Of a stretch of 64,000 nt of DNA, positions 41,199 through 50,699 are shown one piece after another. The stretch comes from an uncultured Rhodothermaceae bacterium. GTDB taxonomy: Bacteria; Bacteroidota; Rhodothermia; Rhodothermales; Bin80. The stretch lies in assembly GCA_964639665.1 (NCBI GenBank), contig CAZXEU010000213.1, positions 11,652 through 75,651 on the forward strand, in the 5' to 3' direction. The translations under genes were made by a program, and so were the position numbers. Position 1 is the stretch's first letter, and each line of letters starts with the position of its first letter. A model generated the notes under the pieces. The model saw only the letters and a program-made list of their open reading frames with translations, searched no databases and had not been told where the DNA came from.

Positions 41199-41396
41199 GA
41201 TTGCGTACCTCCGAGTAACTGTTAGCTCATTGCGCTGCCTACCGGGAATTCGAATCCAGGGATCCGTGCAGCGCAGCCAATTCACCGGAAATATAGCGCT
41301 ACAGCCCCCGATTTGCTTTCGATGGAAGGATACGACACGGCCGGGGCGCCTTTTCAGGCTACGCCTCACGCCCGATTGCCGGACGCGGCACCCTTC

Positions 41397-41681
41397 CTAG
41401 TAGGGGCCGTAGCTGTTTACGGCCTCAACACGGGTGATCCGTGGGACCGCATGCTTGAGAGCCTGCTCAATGCCTGCCCTCAAGGTCATCGTGCTCATTG
41501 GACATGAACCGCAGGCACCCAGCAATTCCAGCTCAACGACGAAGTCCTCTGTGATCTGGAGAAGTCGCACGGAACCTCCATCCGCTGCCAGATACGGCCG
41601 GATGCTATCCAGGCCCTGCTCAATTTGCTGTCGCAGATCCGGGTCCGTAGTCGGGCTGTATGTCACACTGCTACCGGTCAT
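41397..41681 (-). CDS. NifU/Nfu-type Fe-S cluster scaffold domain protein
   Basis: 'IRPYLAADGGSVRLL' and 'GACGSCPMSTMTL'. Start may be ATG 41681 or GTG 41738. Confidence 0.85.
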   Translation of the reverse strand: MTGSSVTYSPTTDPDLRQQIEQGLDSIRPYLAADGGSVRLLQITEDFVVELELLGACGSCPMSTMTLRAGIEQALKHAVPRITRVEAVNSYGPY

Positions 41682-41747
41682 TGAACCTGTAACACCAGCA
41701 CCATGAAAAAGATCAGCGCAGCCGGGACCGGGCGGCACCCTTCTCGG

Positions 41748-42839
41748 CTAACGGTACTCTATCTGCGGCGAGGGTTGCGGTTCGGGGCGACCGGCCAACG
41801 CAGTCACCAGCCGCGAAGCCGCGCTCCTGAAAGCCCGGGCTGAAGCGCTCTCCGGATCCGCAACAACCACCGGTAAACCCGAATCACCGGTTTCCCGAAC
41901 GCGCTGTTCAAGCGGAATCTCTCCCAAGAACGGGACGCCCAATTCGTCAGCCAATTGTCGTGCGCCGCCCTGACCGAATAAGTAATAGCGCCGCTCCGGC
42001 AAGTCGGGAGGTTCGAAATAGGCCATATTCTCCACCATTCCCAGCACCGGCACATTGACTTTCTCAAACATGGACACACCCTTTCTGGCATCGGCGAGCG
42101 CCACACGCTGGGGCGTTGAGACAATGACCGCTCCGGCTAGCGCTACAGTCTGAACAATAGTAAGCTGAATATCTCCCGTACCCGGGGGCAAATCCAGCAC
42201 CAGAAAGTCCAGATCTCCCCACTCGGCTTCACCGAGGAATTGGCGCACCGCGCTTGAAACCATTGGGCCGCGCCAAATGACCGCCTGCGAACTGTCTACC
42301 AGAAGCCCCATGGAAAGCACCCGTACACCGTGCTGCTCAAGCGGAACGATCTTTCGCTCCGCGTTGACGCGTGGCTTCTGTCCCTCCACGCCAAACATCG
42401 TGGGCACGCTGGGACCGTAAATGTCGGTATCCACCAGCCCCGTTCGAAATCCGGCCCCTGCAAGCGCAACCGCAAGATTGGCAGCCACCGTGCTCTTGCC
42501 CACGCCTCCCTTGCCGGACGCCACGGCTATCATTTGCCTGGCACCCATCTTGATCCGCGCATCAGACGATCCGGCGACCACCGTTACGTTCGCCCGCACC
42601 TCTTTTCCGAAGGATGCGGCAATGGCCTCCTGACAGAGCTTCGAGACTTTACGCGCAAACGGGGTGCCCGGCCTGGCCACATGCACGGTGAAGCTTACCT
42701 GGTCGTCTCCAACCTGCAAATCCCTCACCATGCCCAGCCGGGCGATGTCGTGTCCCCGTTCCGGGTCCACAACCGTGCTTAAGGCGCGCAGTACCCCCTT
42801 TCTGGTCATGCCTGCCTCGGCGTAGATTCGCTGTTGCAC
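41748..42839 (-). CDS. mrp: Mrp/ApbC Fe-S cluster carrier ATPase
   Basis: N-terminal DUF59-like 'LSTVVDPERGHDI' and deviant Walker A 'VASGKGGVGKSTVAANLA'. ATG 42809 is an alternative start. Confidence 0.9.
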   Translation of the reverse strand: MQQRIYAEAGMTRKGVLRALSTVVDPERGHDIARLGMVRDLQVGDDQVSFTVHVARPGTPFARKVSKLCQEAIAASFGKEVRANVTVVAGSSDARIKMGARQMIAVASGKGGVGKSTVAANLAVALAGAGFRTGLVDTDIYGPSVPTMFGVEGQKPRVNAERKIVPLEQHGVRVLSMGLLVDSSQAVIWRGPMVSSAVRQFLGEAEWGDLDFLVLDLPPGTGDIQLTIVQTVALAGAVIVSTPQRVALADARKGVSMFEKVNVPVLGMVENMAYFEPPDLPERRYYLFGQGGARQLADELGVPFLGEIPLEQRVRETGDSGLPVVVADPESASARAFRSAASRLVTALAGRPEPQPSPQIEYR

Positions 42840-42849
42840 CGGTCCACGT

Positions 42850-43779
42850 TCACACCGTGCTTGAGAATTGCCCTGCGGCCCGCAGAACCAATCCGTGGCG
42901 CAGGCTGTGTGGACTGATGAGGCATCGGGACAGTTTGTAATGCCTGAGAACGGCAGCCAGTATCAGCACGGCGGACGGAAATATGTCCTCGCGGCCTCGC
43001 ATGCGAGGTGGATCCAGCGCAAGCACCTCCTGACGACTCATGCCGAGCAATCGCCCGCTGCTTCGGATTACGTCCGCGGCCTCCAGAACTGCCGATCCGC
43101 CGTGCCCTCCGGCATTGCCCTCATTCAGGAGGCTAGAGAGGATTCGCGGCGATTCCGAGGCGCATATGAGGGGTCCTTCTCCGGATTTAACTTCGCAATG
43201 CCGCAGCATATTCTGTATGAATTCCTCGGCGCGCCGGAGCTCTGCCGGTCGCGGCGGCTGCAAGATAAGGAACCGTTCCGTGAGCCGGGTCGAGCCCACA
43301 TTCATGCTTTGCCACGCCTGCACAGTGCCGTCGGCGTGCCCCGCTACCATTTCTGTTGAGCCTCCGCCGATATCCACCGTGACGCATGGCCCGGTCAAGT
43401 CTGGCAGACCTGTCAGAGCTCCTCGAAAGCTCCAGACAGCTTCCTGCTTTCCCGTCAAAACATCGAAGTCCAGCCCTGTTTCAGCCTTTACCCACTCGCA
43501 CAGGCGCATACTCCGCCTCAGGTCGCGCGAGGCACTCGTGCCGGCCACTACGGTGTGCTCGGCACCAAGCCTCTTTGCCAGTGCACGGTAATCCAGTAAC
43601 GTGCTACGAAGGCGACCAAGCGCGGACGCGGGTACCGTGCCGGTAGCATCAACGCCCTTGCCGAACCGGATCCTGCGTTCCTCATCCGCCAGGATTTGCA
43701 GGTGACCGTTCGAGGCGACGTCCGCAACCAGGATTTTTGCGGTGTTGGTACCTATGTCGATCGCGGCGATTCTCCTCAT
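42850..43779 (-). CDS. Ppx/GppA-family phosphatase (short form)
   Basis: 'IAAIDIGTNTAKILV' and 'VDIGGGSTE' actin-like ATPase motifs. There is no long C-terminal HD extension. Confidence 0.8.
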   Translation of the reverse strand: MRRIAAIDIGTNTAKILVADVASNGHLQILADEERRIRFGKGVDATGTVPASALGRLRSTLLDYRALAKRLGAEHTVVAGTSASRDLRRSMRLCEWVKAETGLDFDVLTGKQEAVWSFRGALTGLPDLTGPCVTVDIGGGSTEMVAGHADGTVQAWQSMNVGSTRLTERFLILQPPRPAELRRAEEFIQNMLRHCEVKSGEGPLICASESPRILSSLLNEGNAGGHGGSAVLEAADVIRSSGRLLGMSRQEVLALDPPRMRGREDIFPSAVLILAAVLRHYKLSRCLISPHSLRHGLVLRAAGQFSSTV

Positions 43780-44034
43780 CCGGCTTCTTCCGCTATTGGC
43801 CACCGTTAACCTTTGCGGAGACGGTCAGACTGTCGTAACCAAGTGGATGACGCAATCGGACACCTGTTGGTCCAACTGGCTTATCGCCGATCTGTGCTAC
43901 TCGGCAGAGCACCGAAGTGCAGTTCCAGGCACTGTCGCCTGGGCTGAAGAGCTTCGCTTTCCTGGCGGTAGCGTTCGCTCTACCCATGTCAGGCTCACCA
44001 GGCGCGTGCAATGAGGGCCTGGACAACTAGTCTC

Positions 44035-45777
44035 TCACGGAGGATCCCCTTCAAACCGAAGTGTCAGACCCCACTCCTCGGGATTGTCCGGAGCACCTTC
44101 GAATTCACCGTAGTGGTGGGAGCCGTCCGTTTCGAAATACAGGATATACTGCCCGGCTTCGAGTTCTACGGTTCCGTCAAACCTGCGATTGTCCTGGCTG
44201 CCTCCGGCAGGCACGGTGTTGTCGTAGGTCATTTCCCAAACCGGCTCGCCACGGTCGGCGCTGAAGATCCACCCGTAATCGTATTGGTTCCTGGCAGATA
44301 TCTCTCCTGTTGCCCGGATGTGAAGCCGGGCGGGACGCTCCAGATTAAACGAGTACGATCTTCGTACCGACCCTTCAAGCCGCGTCCAGCTGACGGATTC
44401 TGTCACAGTGGCGCCTGACGCACGCGCTGCAGGAGCAGTGTCAAGCGCCCTCCCTACTGTCACATTTTCTTCCGCAAGCGCCTCATCCAGGGCGAAAAGC
44501 GTGACGCCCCACCGCTCCGGAAAGTCGGGCCGGGCTGCATTCCAGTCTTCGGCGGAGTGCGATCCATCCGACCGGTACCGGAGCATGTAGGGGCCGGGGT
44601 CCAGAGACAGAAACACAACCTCCCGCCGATTCTTGCGCGAGCCGCCGGCATGGACTGAACCCTGCCAACTCATGCTCCAAATGGTCCGAGTCCTTCCGGG
44701 CGTCTCATCCACGAGCTCGGCATAGTCGTAGCGGTCTTCTATGCCCGTCATTTCACCCAGGGCATACACTACGACCGCAGTCGGTTCGTGGACCTCAAAC
44801 CACTCGCTGACATCTTCATCGTCTCCGACACCTACCAGGCTGATCAGAGGGGAGCGCACCTGCCAAGGATCGAATGCATTCACTGCCGCCGGGTCCGAAC
44901 CTGACAGCGTAAGCCCCCAGCCACCAGGATCGAACGGCGGATTGCCTACCCAGGCGTCATACGCATGGCTTTGCCCCGTGAGGGCCACCGCCCGGTAATA
45001 GCCGGTGTCCAATGCAATCTGTCCCCGAAACCGTCGATTGGCCGGGGATCCGCCGGCCGGCTCAGATCCGTTGTCGGACAACTGCCACACGCGTCGACCG
45101 GTCAGGGCTTCCTCGATCCAGGAATAGTCCTCCTGCCTGACCTCGGGCCTGCGTTCGATCTGGCCGATCGCATATGCCGACAGCAAGACAGGCTCCTGCA
45201 CACGGAAGAACCGCTCAATCCGCTGGTCATTTTCCAGCGGGGCCGCCCGCCACAGAGCTTCAGTGCCGCCGGCGCCCGCTCCGACCAGGGGAGCCAGCGG
45301 AGCTTGCCTGTCAACGGCTTTCAGCACAAACTCCCAATGCCTCCGGTCCCGCCTCCACTGCTGCGACCCTCTTCGCCTGGACGGAACACCAAAAGAGGCG
45401 AAATACACGTCATATTCTCCCTGGCCAAGTACAAGCGTGTCATCTCTCACGTGTGCCAACGTACCACGGCCAGGTTCAACGTTACCCGAGTTCATGCTCC
45501 AGACCAAGCTGCGGTCCGACCGACGGATCATCCATGCGTAGGCCGCCAGCTGACCCTCAGGACCACGGCTATTGAAGGAGCCCGATGCACGAATCACGAC
45601 AGGTACGGAGGCGTCCGTGGCAAACGCTGCGTGCCGAAGCTCACGGTCATCCAGACTCGCGAACACGACTTGCCCACTTGGCGTCGCGGGTCCCCTCATG
45701 ACCCGAAAAACGACCAGGGCAGCCAGCATCAAGAGCAGGCCCAACTGCACTCTGACAATGGCCTGCTTGCCATTCAT
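44035..45777 (-). CDS. secreted or anchored protein made of four tandem copies of an unrecognised ~120-aa domain
   Basis: N-terminal hydrophobic 'VQLGLLLMLAALVVF'. Four units share the pattern Y-x-W-[IM]...[VI]W-x-[ML]...AGGS...NRR...G-x-Y...WG[LV]TL. Confidence 0.75.
   Translation of the reverse strand: MNGKQAIVRVQLGLLLMLAALVVFRVMRGPATPSGQVVFASLDDRELRHAAFATDASVPVVIRASGSFNSRGPEGQLAAYAWMIRRSDRSLVWSMNSGNVEPGRGTLAHVRDDTLVLGQGEYDVYFASFGVPSRRRGSQQWRRDRRHWEFVLKAVDRQAPLAPLVGAGAGGTEALWRAAPLENDQRIERFFRVQEPVLLSAYAIGQIERRPEVRQEDYSWIEEALTGRRVWQLSDNGSEPAGGSPANRRFRGQIALDTGYYRAVALTGQSHAYDAWVGNPPFDPGGWGLTLSGSDPAAVNAFDPWQVRSPLISLVGVGDDEDVSEWFEVHEPTAVVVYALGEMTGIEDRYDYAELVDETPGRTRTIWSMSWQGSVHAGGSRKNRREVVFLSLDPGPYMLRYRSDGSHSAEDWNAARPDFPERWGVTLFALDEALAEENVTVGRALDTAPAARASGATVTESVSWTRLEGSVRRSYSFNLERPARLHIRATGEISARNQYDYGWIFSADRGEPVWEMTYDNTVPAGGSQDNRRFDGTVELEAGQYILYFETDGSHHYGEFEGAPDNPEEWGLTLRFEGDPP
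44053..45669 (-). repeat. four tandem protein-level repeats within CDS 44035..45777
   Basis: Approximate units are 45319..45669, 44902..45255, 44491..44865 and 44053..44394. Example cores: 'YDYGWIFSADRGEPVWEMTYDNTVPAGGSQDNRRFDGTVELEAGQYILYFETDGSH...WGLTLRF' and 'YDYAELVDETPGRTRTIWSMSWQGSVHAGGSRKNRREVVFLSLDPGPYMLRYRSDGSH...WGVTLFA'. Confidence 0.7.
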
Positions 45778-45991
45778 GATTGCCTGTATCGTTGTTCGGG
45801 ATCCGTTTCTGTTACGACCAACAGCGCACTTATGTTACCCGCATGCGTTCGGAGGCTACAAGCCGAATAGCTTTCACCTGAAACCGGCCCGGTGTAACAA
45901 TCAGGTGCCGGAAAGAGTTAGATGTATACTGCTTCAGGCGATTCCAGTTTTGTCCGATCTATTCGGCAGCTTATACCGGGCATTCGCCGGC

Positions 45992-48160
45992 ATGGCGAAT
46001 CATTATCGGTGGGTGACGCGCAGTCTGCTGTCTGTGCTATTTCTCATCGGCAACGTGGCTGGCATTGCACTTCTAGTCTCTTTCCTGAATGAAGGAGGTG
46101 CGTCCAAGCAAGCCGCGATTCTGTACCAGACTTGCGTATCACTTGCATTCCTGGCTTTATGGCTGCTCTTCTACATCGGCTTTGGCAGCCGCCAGGCCTC
46201 GCCCGTACAGTCCTTCTGGCATGCACTCGTAATAGGCCTGATTTGCACTGTGCTTACCGCGGTCGTGCTGCAATTCGTTCCCAGCGGACTGACCCCGGAC
46301 GGCACCCCGCTTAACGTCCCCGCAGCGATCAGTGCCGTAGTGTTGTCAATGATTGCGGCAGCATTCAGCTTTTTCCTTTTGCTGCGCTTCCGCGGCCTGA
46401 TACTCTATCGGCGTTCCAAAAAGAGCCTTTTGATCTGGCGCTTGATGATCGGCAGCATCCTGGCCGCAACGTTGTGGACAATAGTCTGGGATACCCGTTC
46501 AGCGGCCTGGGTCAGCGGGCCCCCGCCGCAATGGCTTGAAAACATGTTCTTTGTCGGCATCATTGCCTTGATGGCAGTGAATTGCATTCGCCTTTCATGG
46601 GTCGTCCGGCTTTCTTTCCGGGACAAGGCTGTTACAATGTTGCTTTCGATATTGCTGCTGACGCTGCTGTCGGCTGTCACAGTCGTCGGACCCAATATTG
46701 GAGACATGGCTCTTGGGTCGGAAGGTCTGGCCAGCGAAACCCTAGGCAATGAAAGCTACTTTGCGTACCTCTACGCTTACAGCGGCGGCCTGGCAAACTT
46801 TGTTATTCTGGTCGGACTCTTCGGTATCCTGTACAGCCTGACTGCGATCCTGTCACTTCTATTCCATCTTCCCACTACAGGGGACTTTCAGAGGAGGACG
46901 GACGAAATGGCAGCAATGCAGTCCATGGCCAATCTGGTCAAGGAAGTCTTTGATCCTGCCAAGCTGCTGAATACCATCGCAGCCTCTCCCATCGAAGCCG
47001 GTTCGGCCTCCGCCTCATGGCTTGCCATGGCAGATCTCGACTCGGGTACGCTGCAGCCGAGCATTGCGGCGACAGCGCAAATCACGCCTGAAGCGCTGTC
47101 CAGAATCGACACAAGCGCGTTGTACCGGGAGGTGGCTGGCGCGGGCGATCCCGTCCTGCTGCAAAAAGCGCATTCCGACCATCGCATCCGGGTCAAATCT
47201 CGGGACGGCATCGGAAGCCTGTTGGCCGTGCCTCTGGCAGCGCGCAATCGGGTACTCGGCGTTCTGTTCGTTGCGAAGGAAACAGCCAACGGCTTCGAAA
47301 AGGATGACGTGGAAACCGTAAGCATGTACGCTACGCAGGCCGCGCTGGCCCTTGAGAATGCTCGCCTTTTTGAAGAACAGATCAGCAGCGAACGCCAGGC
47401 GCGCGAACTGGCCATCGCACGTGAGGTCCAGCAAAAGCTGATGCCTCAAACCGCCCCCGCGGTCAACGGGCTGTCCGCGGCTGTATCCAGCATCAGTGCG
47501 TTCGAGGTAGGAGGCGACTATTACGATTACGCCGAGCTTCCTGACAGACGACTGGCATTCATCGTTGCCGACGTGTCCGGCAAGGGAACTTCGGCCGCCT
47601 TCTACATGGCCGAGTTGCAGGGTGCGTTCAATGCACTAGTGCGCATCGCCCCCGAGCCCAGAGAGCTCCTTTGCCACCTCAATCGCTCAATTGGGCCTTG
47701 CCTGGAAAGGAATGTCTTCATTACAGCAGTCTACGGATTGCTAGACGTACGCAGTGGGGAAGTGTCTCTGGCGCGGGCGGGACACTGCCCGGCTGTATTG
47801 GTGAGTCACACCGGCGAGGGCCGGTTCCTTCGAACGGCCGGACTGGGACTTGGACTGGACCAGACGGGTAAATTCGAGCAAGTCCTGGAAGTCGAGAGGT
47901 TGAAACTGCATAAGGGAGATGTTCTTGCCCTCTTTACAGACGGTCTGGCCGAAGCGCGAAACGGTCAGGGCGACGAGTACGGCTATGAACGTTGCCTATC
48001 CGTTCTGAAGCAACAAAGGCAGGAAGAAGCAAGCGCCATCCGCGACGCCTTGCTGCAGGATATCGACCGCTTCGTGGAACACGGCAGTACGTATGGAGAC
48101 GACCTGACGCTCCTGGTCATCAAGTGGATGAGTGCATCCGACATGGCACATACGCCGTAA
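45992..48160 (+). CDS. polytopic membrane sensor PP2C phosphatase (about 8-9 TM, GAF, SpoIIE), RsbU-like
   Basis: Likely start is ATG 45992 (MANHYRWVTRSLLSVLFLIG). The 5' part of track ORF 45572..48160 overlaps the divergent gene. The GAF-like region ends at 'ALALENARLFEEQ'. PP2C motifs 'GGDYYDY', 'ADVSGKGTSAAFYMA', 'FTDGLAEA' and 'GDDLTLLVIK'. Confidence 0.85.
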   Translation: MANHYRWVTRSLLSVLFLIGNVAGIALLVSFLNEGGASKQAAILYQTCVSLAFLALWLLFYIGFGSRQASPVQSFWHALVIGLICTVLTAVVLQFVPSGLTPDGTPLNVPAAISAVVLSMIAAAFSFFLLLRFRGLILYRRSKKSLLIWRLMIGSILAATLWTIVWDTRSAAWVSGPPPQWLENMFFVGIIALMAVNCIRLSWVVRLSFRDKAVTMLLSILLLTLLSAVTVVGPNIGDMALGSEGLASETLGNESYFAYLYAYSGGLANFVILVGLFGILYSLTAILSLLFHLPTTGDFQRRTDEMAAMQSMANLVKEVFDPAKLLNTIAASPIEAGSASASWLAMADLDSGTLQPSIAATAQITPEALSRIDTSALYREVAGAGDPVLLQKAHSDHRIRVKSRDGIGSLLAVPLAARNRVLGVLFVAKETANGFEKDDVETVSMYATQAALALENARLFEEQISSERQARELAIAREVQQKLMPQTAPAVNGLSAAVSSISAFEVGGDYYDYAELPDRRLAFIVADVSGKGTSAAFYMAELQGAFNALVRIAPEPRELLCHLNRSIGPCLERNVFITAVYGLLDVRSGEVSLARAGHCPAVLVSHTGEGRFLRTAGLGLGLDQTGKFEQVLEVERLKLHKGDVLALFTDGLAEARNGQGDEYGYERCLSVLKQQRQEEASAIRDALLQDIDRFVEHGSTYGDDLTLLVIKWMSASDMAHTP

Positions 48161-48207
48161 ATTAGAGGCTGCCCTGCGGCCTTTTGCATACTAGATTCAA
48201 ATGCAAC

Positions 48208-48573
48208 ATGAGTAATTTTTCAGTTGGATTCCGGGAGCGAGACACCGTCAGAGTGCTGTCCCTGCACGGGGAATTGGATGCTCACACAGCATCCGAGCTG
48301 GAGGCAGCCATTCAGAAGTGCAAGGACGATCACGACTACAGGATTGTCGTAAATGGCAGCAGTCTCCAGTATATCTCCAGCGCGGGCCTTGGCGTATTCA
48401 TGGCATTCATAGAAGAGATTCGAAGCAAGGGCGGAGACATCAAGATTGCCGCCCTGCAACCGAAAGTGTTTAACGTATTCGATCTGCTCGGATTCCCCAT
48501 GCTTTTCGACATTGTGGACAGTGAAGACGAGGCCGTGGGGCTCTTTGAGCACAAGTCCGGGGAAGCCAACTAG
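48208..48573 (+). CDS. STAS-domain anti-anti-sigma-type protein (RsbV-like)
   Basis: 'GSSLQYISSAGLGVFM' with the conserved Ser. Start is ATG 48208. Confidence 0.85.
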   Translation: MSNFSVGFRERDTVRVLSLHGELDAHTASELEAAIQKCKDDHDYRIVVNGSSLQYISSAGLGVFMAFIEEIRSKGGDIKIAALQPKVFNVFDLLGFPMLFDIVDSEDEAVGLFEHKSGEAN

Positions 48574-48584
48574 CCGAATACGCC

Positions 48585-49022
48585 GTGTCTGCTCTTGTCC
48601 ACAACCTGGCGATTCCGAGCTCGACGCGCCACCTGAAGAAGGTGCGCCAGTTCGTACTTGGTCATCTGGCCAATGCCGGTGTCCAGGACGCGGTCGTATC
48701 GGAGATCAAGCAAGCGGTGGATGAGGCGTGCGCCAATGTAATTGAGCATGCCTACCGAAACGAGCCCGGGCACGAGCTCGACCTGATGCTCCGCATAGAT
48801 GACAGGCAGATTACCGTTCGGATACGAGACTCGGGCATCCCTTTTGACGAGAGAAGCTACAAAGAGCCCGACGTGCGGGCGCTCACCAGGCGGGGCAAGG
48901 CCGGCGGTCTGGGCGTGCACATCATGCGCCGGTTGATGGACGACGTACAGTATCAAATCAAGGGGGATACCAATGAGATCCGCCTTACCAAGCTTCGCCA
49001 GGGTGTCCTAGACGGGGACTGA
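48585..49022 (+). CDS. RsbW-like serine kinase (HATPase_c_2)
   Basis: N-box 'DEACANVIEHAY', 'RDSGIPFD' and 'AGGLGVHIMRRL'. GTG start 11 nt after the STAS stop. Confidence 0.85.
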   Translation: MSALVHNLAIPSSTRHLKKVRQFVLGHLANAGVQDAVVSEIKQAVDEACANVIEHAYRNEPGHELDLMLRIDDRQITVRIRDSGIPFDERSYKEPDVRALTRRGKAGGLGVHIMRRLMDDVQYQIKGDTNEIRLTKLRQGVLDGD

Positions 49023-49754
49023 ATTGCCTGGCCTGCATCCGCTGTAGAGCGAAACAATTCCACAGGTGAGAGGCCGGCAGGACAAATTCGTGAAGCCGGC
49101 TCCTCGCATCAGGTCAAGAAAGCGTTCACCAGACGGAAAAGAGGCAATCGAGTCCGGCAGATAACGGTACGCTCCGCGATCCTTCGAAACGGCGCGCCCC
49201 ACAAGCGGCAGGACGCCGCGTGAATAGGCAGCACTAGCCTGCCGTACCAGAAATCGCCCGGGACGACTGAACTCGAGCACAACCAGCTGGCCGAGCGGCA
49301 CCAGCACGCGGGATATCTCTGCGAGGGACAACTGCACGTCCTGAAAATTCCTAACACCGAATCCCACGACTACCGCGTCAAAATGACGCTCCGGAAAGGG
49401 CAGCTGCCCCGCGTCTGCATGCCTGAACACAATCTTGCACCCGAGCGGTCGGCGCTTGGCCTTCGTGCGTGCAAGCGAAAGCATGGCAGTGGATATATCC
49501 ACGCCAATGACAAGGTCCGGCTGTAGCTGCAGGGCGGCTTCCAGCGCCAGGTCTCCGGTGCCCGTTGCCACGTCAAGGACCCGCAGCGGTGCCAGCGATG
49601 CGAGTTGTCCTACCGCCTTTCGGCGCCAGTATGTGTCAAGGCCGAAACTCAGCAGGCGATTGAGTACATCGTAACGCCGCGCAATGGCATCGAACATCGC
49701 CTCTACCTGCGCCGCCTTCCCCTCGGCTTCCCCTATGGGCGGGTAGTGTCTCAC
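49008..49754 (-). CDS. ubiE: demethylmenaquinone/ubiquinone C-methyltransferase
   Basis: 'MFDAIARRYDVLNRLLSFG' and SAM motif 'VLDVATGTGDLAL'. The 3' end overlaps the convergent kinase gene by 15 nt. Confidence 0.9.
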   Translation of the reverse strand: MRHYPPIGEAEGKAAQVEAMFDAIARRYDVLNRLLSFGLDTYWRRKAVGQLASLAPLRVLDVATGTGDLALEAALQLQPDLVIGVDISTAMLSLARTKAKRRPLGCKIVFRHADAGQLPFPERHFDAVVVGFGVRNFQDVQLSLAEISRVLVPLGQLVVLEFSRPGRFLVRQASAAYSRGVLPLVGRAVSKDRGAYRYLPDSIASFPSGERFLDLMRGAGFTNLSCRPLTCGIVSLYSGCRPGNSVPV

Positions 49755-50635
49755 GATCCGCCGGCGCGCGGATCAGTGGGCCGAGCTACAACAATGCCAA
49801 TCTGTAAAGCCTGCGCCTGTACATAGGAAGCCAGATCCGGCGACACGATTACCCCGCCATTAGGTGAGGCATGCAGCAGGCCGACACCACCGTCCTCGTG
49901 CACGAATACCATTCCCGAGTGCACCACGTCAAGGCCCTTGATGTGCGTAGTCATGGCCACTATGTCCCCCGCTCTCAACTGGTCGTATACCAAGCGGATG
50001 CGCTGCTCGGGTACATGATTGAGCTCCCTTCCACGGAGTGAAGCCTCAATGGACTGGATCCCGCGAAAAAGGCTGTCACTCGCGGCAAGAAGAGGATACC
50101 TTTCCCGATTCTCGGACATAAAGGTGAGACTCTTCTCATAGCCCACTCCACCGATTTCGGCCGTAATGTCCGTGAGGGTATCATGGTTGTCAGAAATCCA
50201 TTCGGTGAAGTAATGCAACCGGCTGCAGTAGCCATCACGCGTCTGGTTTCGGTACCGAAGCTTCTCCACTCGACGGGCAAACGAGGCAAATGCGAAGTCG
50301 CGCTCGGCAACGCCCTGGGCAAGCGCCAGAACGTGTTCAATAAAGAGCACGCAGTCAAAGCGCGTCAGGTCAACTACCAGCAATTCTTTCTCAGACACAT
50401 CCAGCAGACCAGCTGCATATGTTGATCCGAGGAAATGGAGGCCGACTTCCTGCAGGATACTATCAAAGGGGCGCTCGTGGAGGCGCATCTCCCGCGCATT
50501 TGACATGACGCGCGCAAAAAGCTCCTGCGTTCCGGGCTGGGCCCGAACGTCCGAGAGCCCCAATCCGCCCAGCATCGCCGCCAGGGTCACCACCCGTATT
50601 GTCTTCGCCATTATAGATTCCGATTCCATGGGCAA
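49751..50635 (-). CDS. DUF1460-family protein (secreted)
   Basis: 'LLVVDLTRFDCVLFIEHVLALA', 'LRYRNQTRDGYCSRLHYFTEWI' and 'AGDIVAMTTHIKGLDVVHSGMV' match my recollection of DUF1460. Four-nt overlap with the ubiE start. Confidence 0.7.
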   Translation of the reverse strand: MPMESESIMAKTIRVVTLAAMLGGLGLSDVRAQPGTQELFARVMSNAREMRLHERPFDSILQEVGLHFLGSTYAAGLLDVSEKELLVVDLTRFDCVLFIEHVLALAQGVAERDFAFASFARRVEKLRYRNQTRDGYCSRLHYFTEWISDNHDTLTDITAEIGGVGYEKSLTFMSENRERYPLLAASDSLFRGIQSIEASLRGRELNHVPEQRIRLVYDQLRAGDIVAMTTHIKGLDVVHSGMVFVHEDGGVGLLHASPNGGVIVSPDLASYVQAQALQIGIVVARPTDPRAGGS

Positions 50636-50699
50636 TTGGCCAACACACGGCCGGTTTGCCTTACCTTTGGGTCAACTCCAGCCGTTGTACTTAGTTTGG

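Noticed and set aside
45572-45991. 5' 140 codons of track ORF 45572..48160.
   Set aside because: It overlaps the well-supported minus-strand repeat-protein gene and the intergenic spacer. The sequence is low-complexity and Arg-rich. The membrane protein begins plausibly at ATG 45992.
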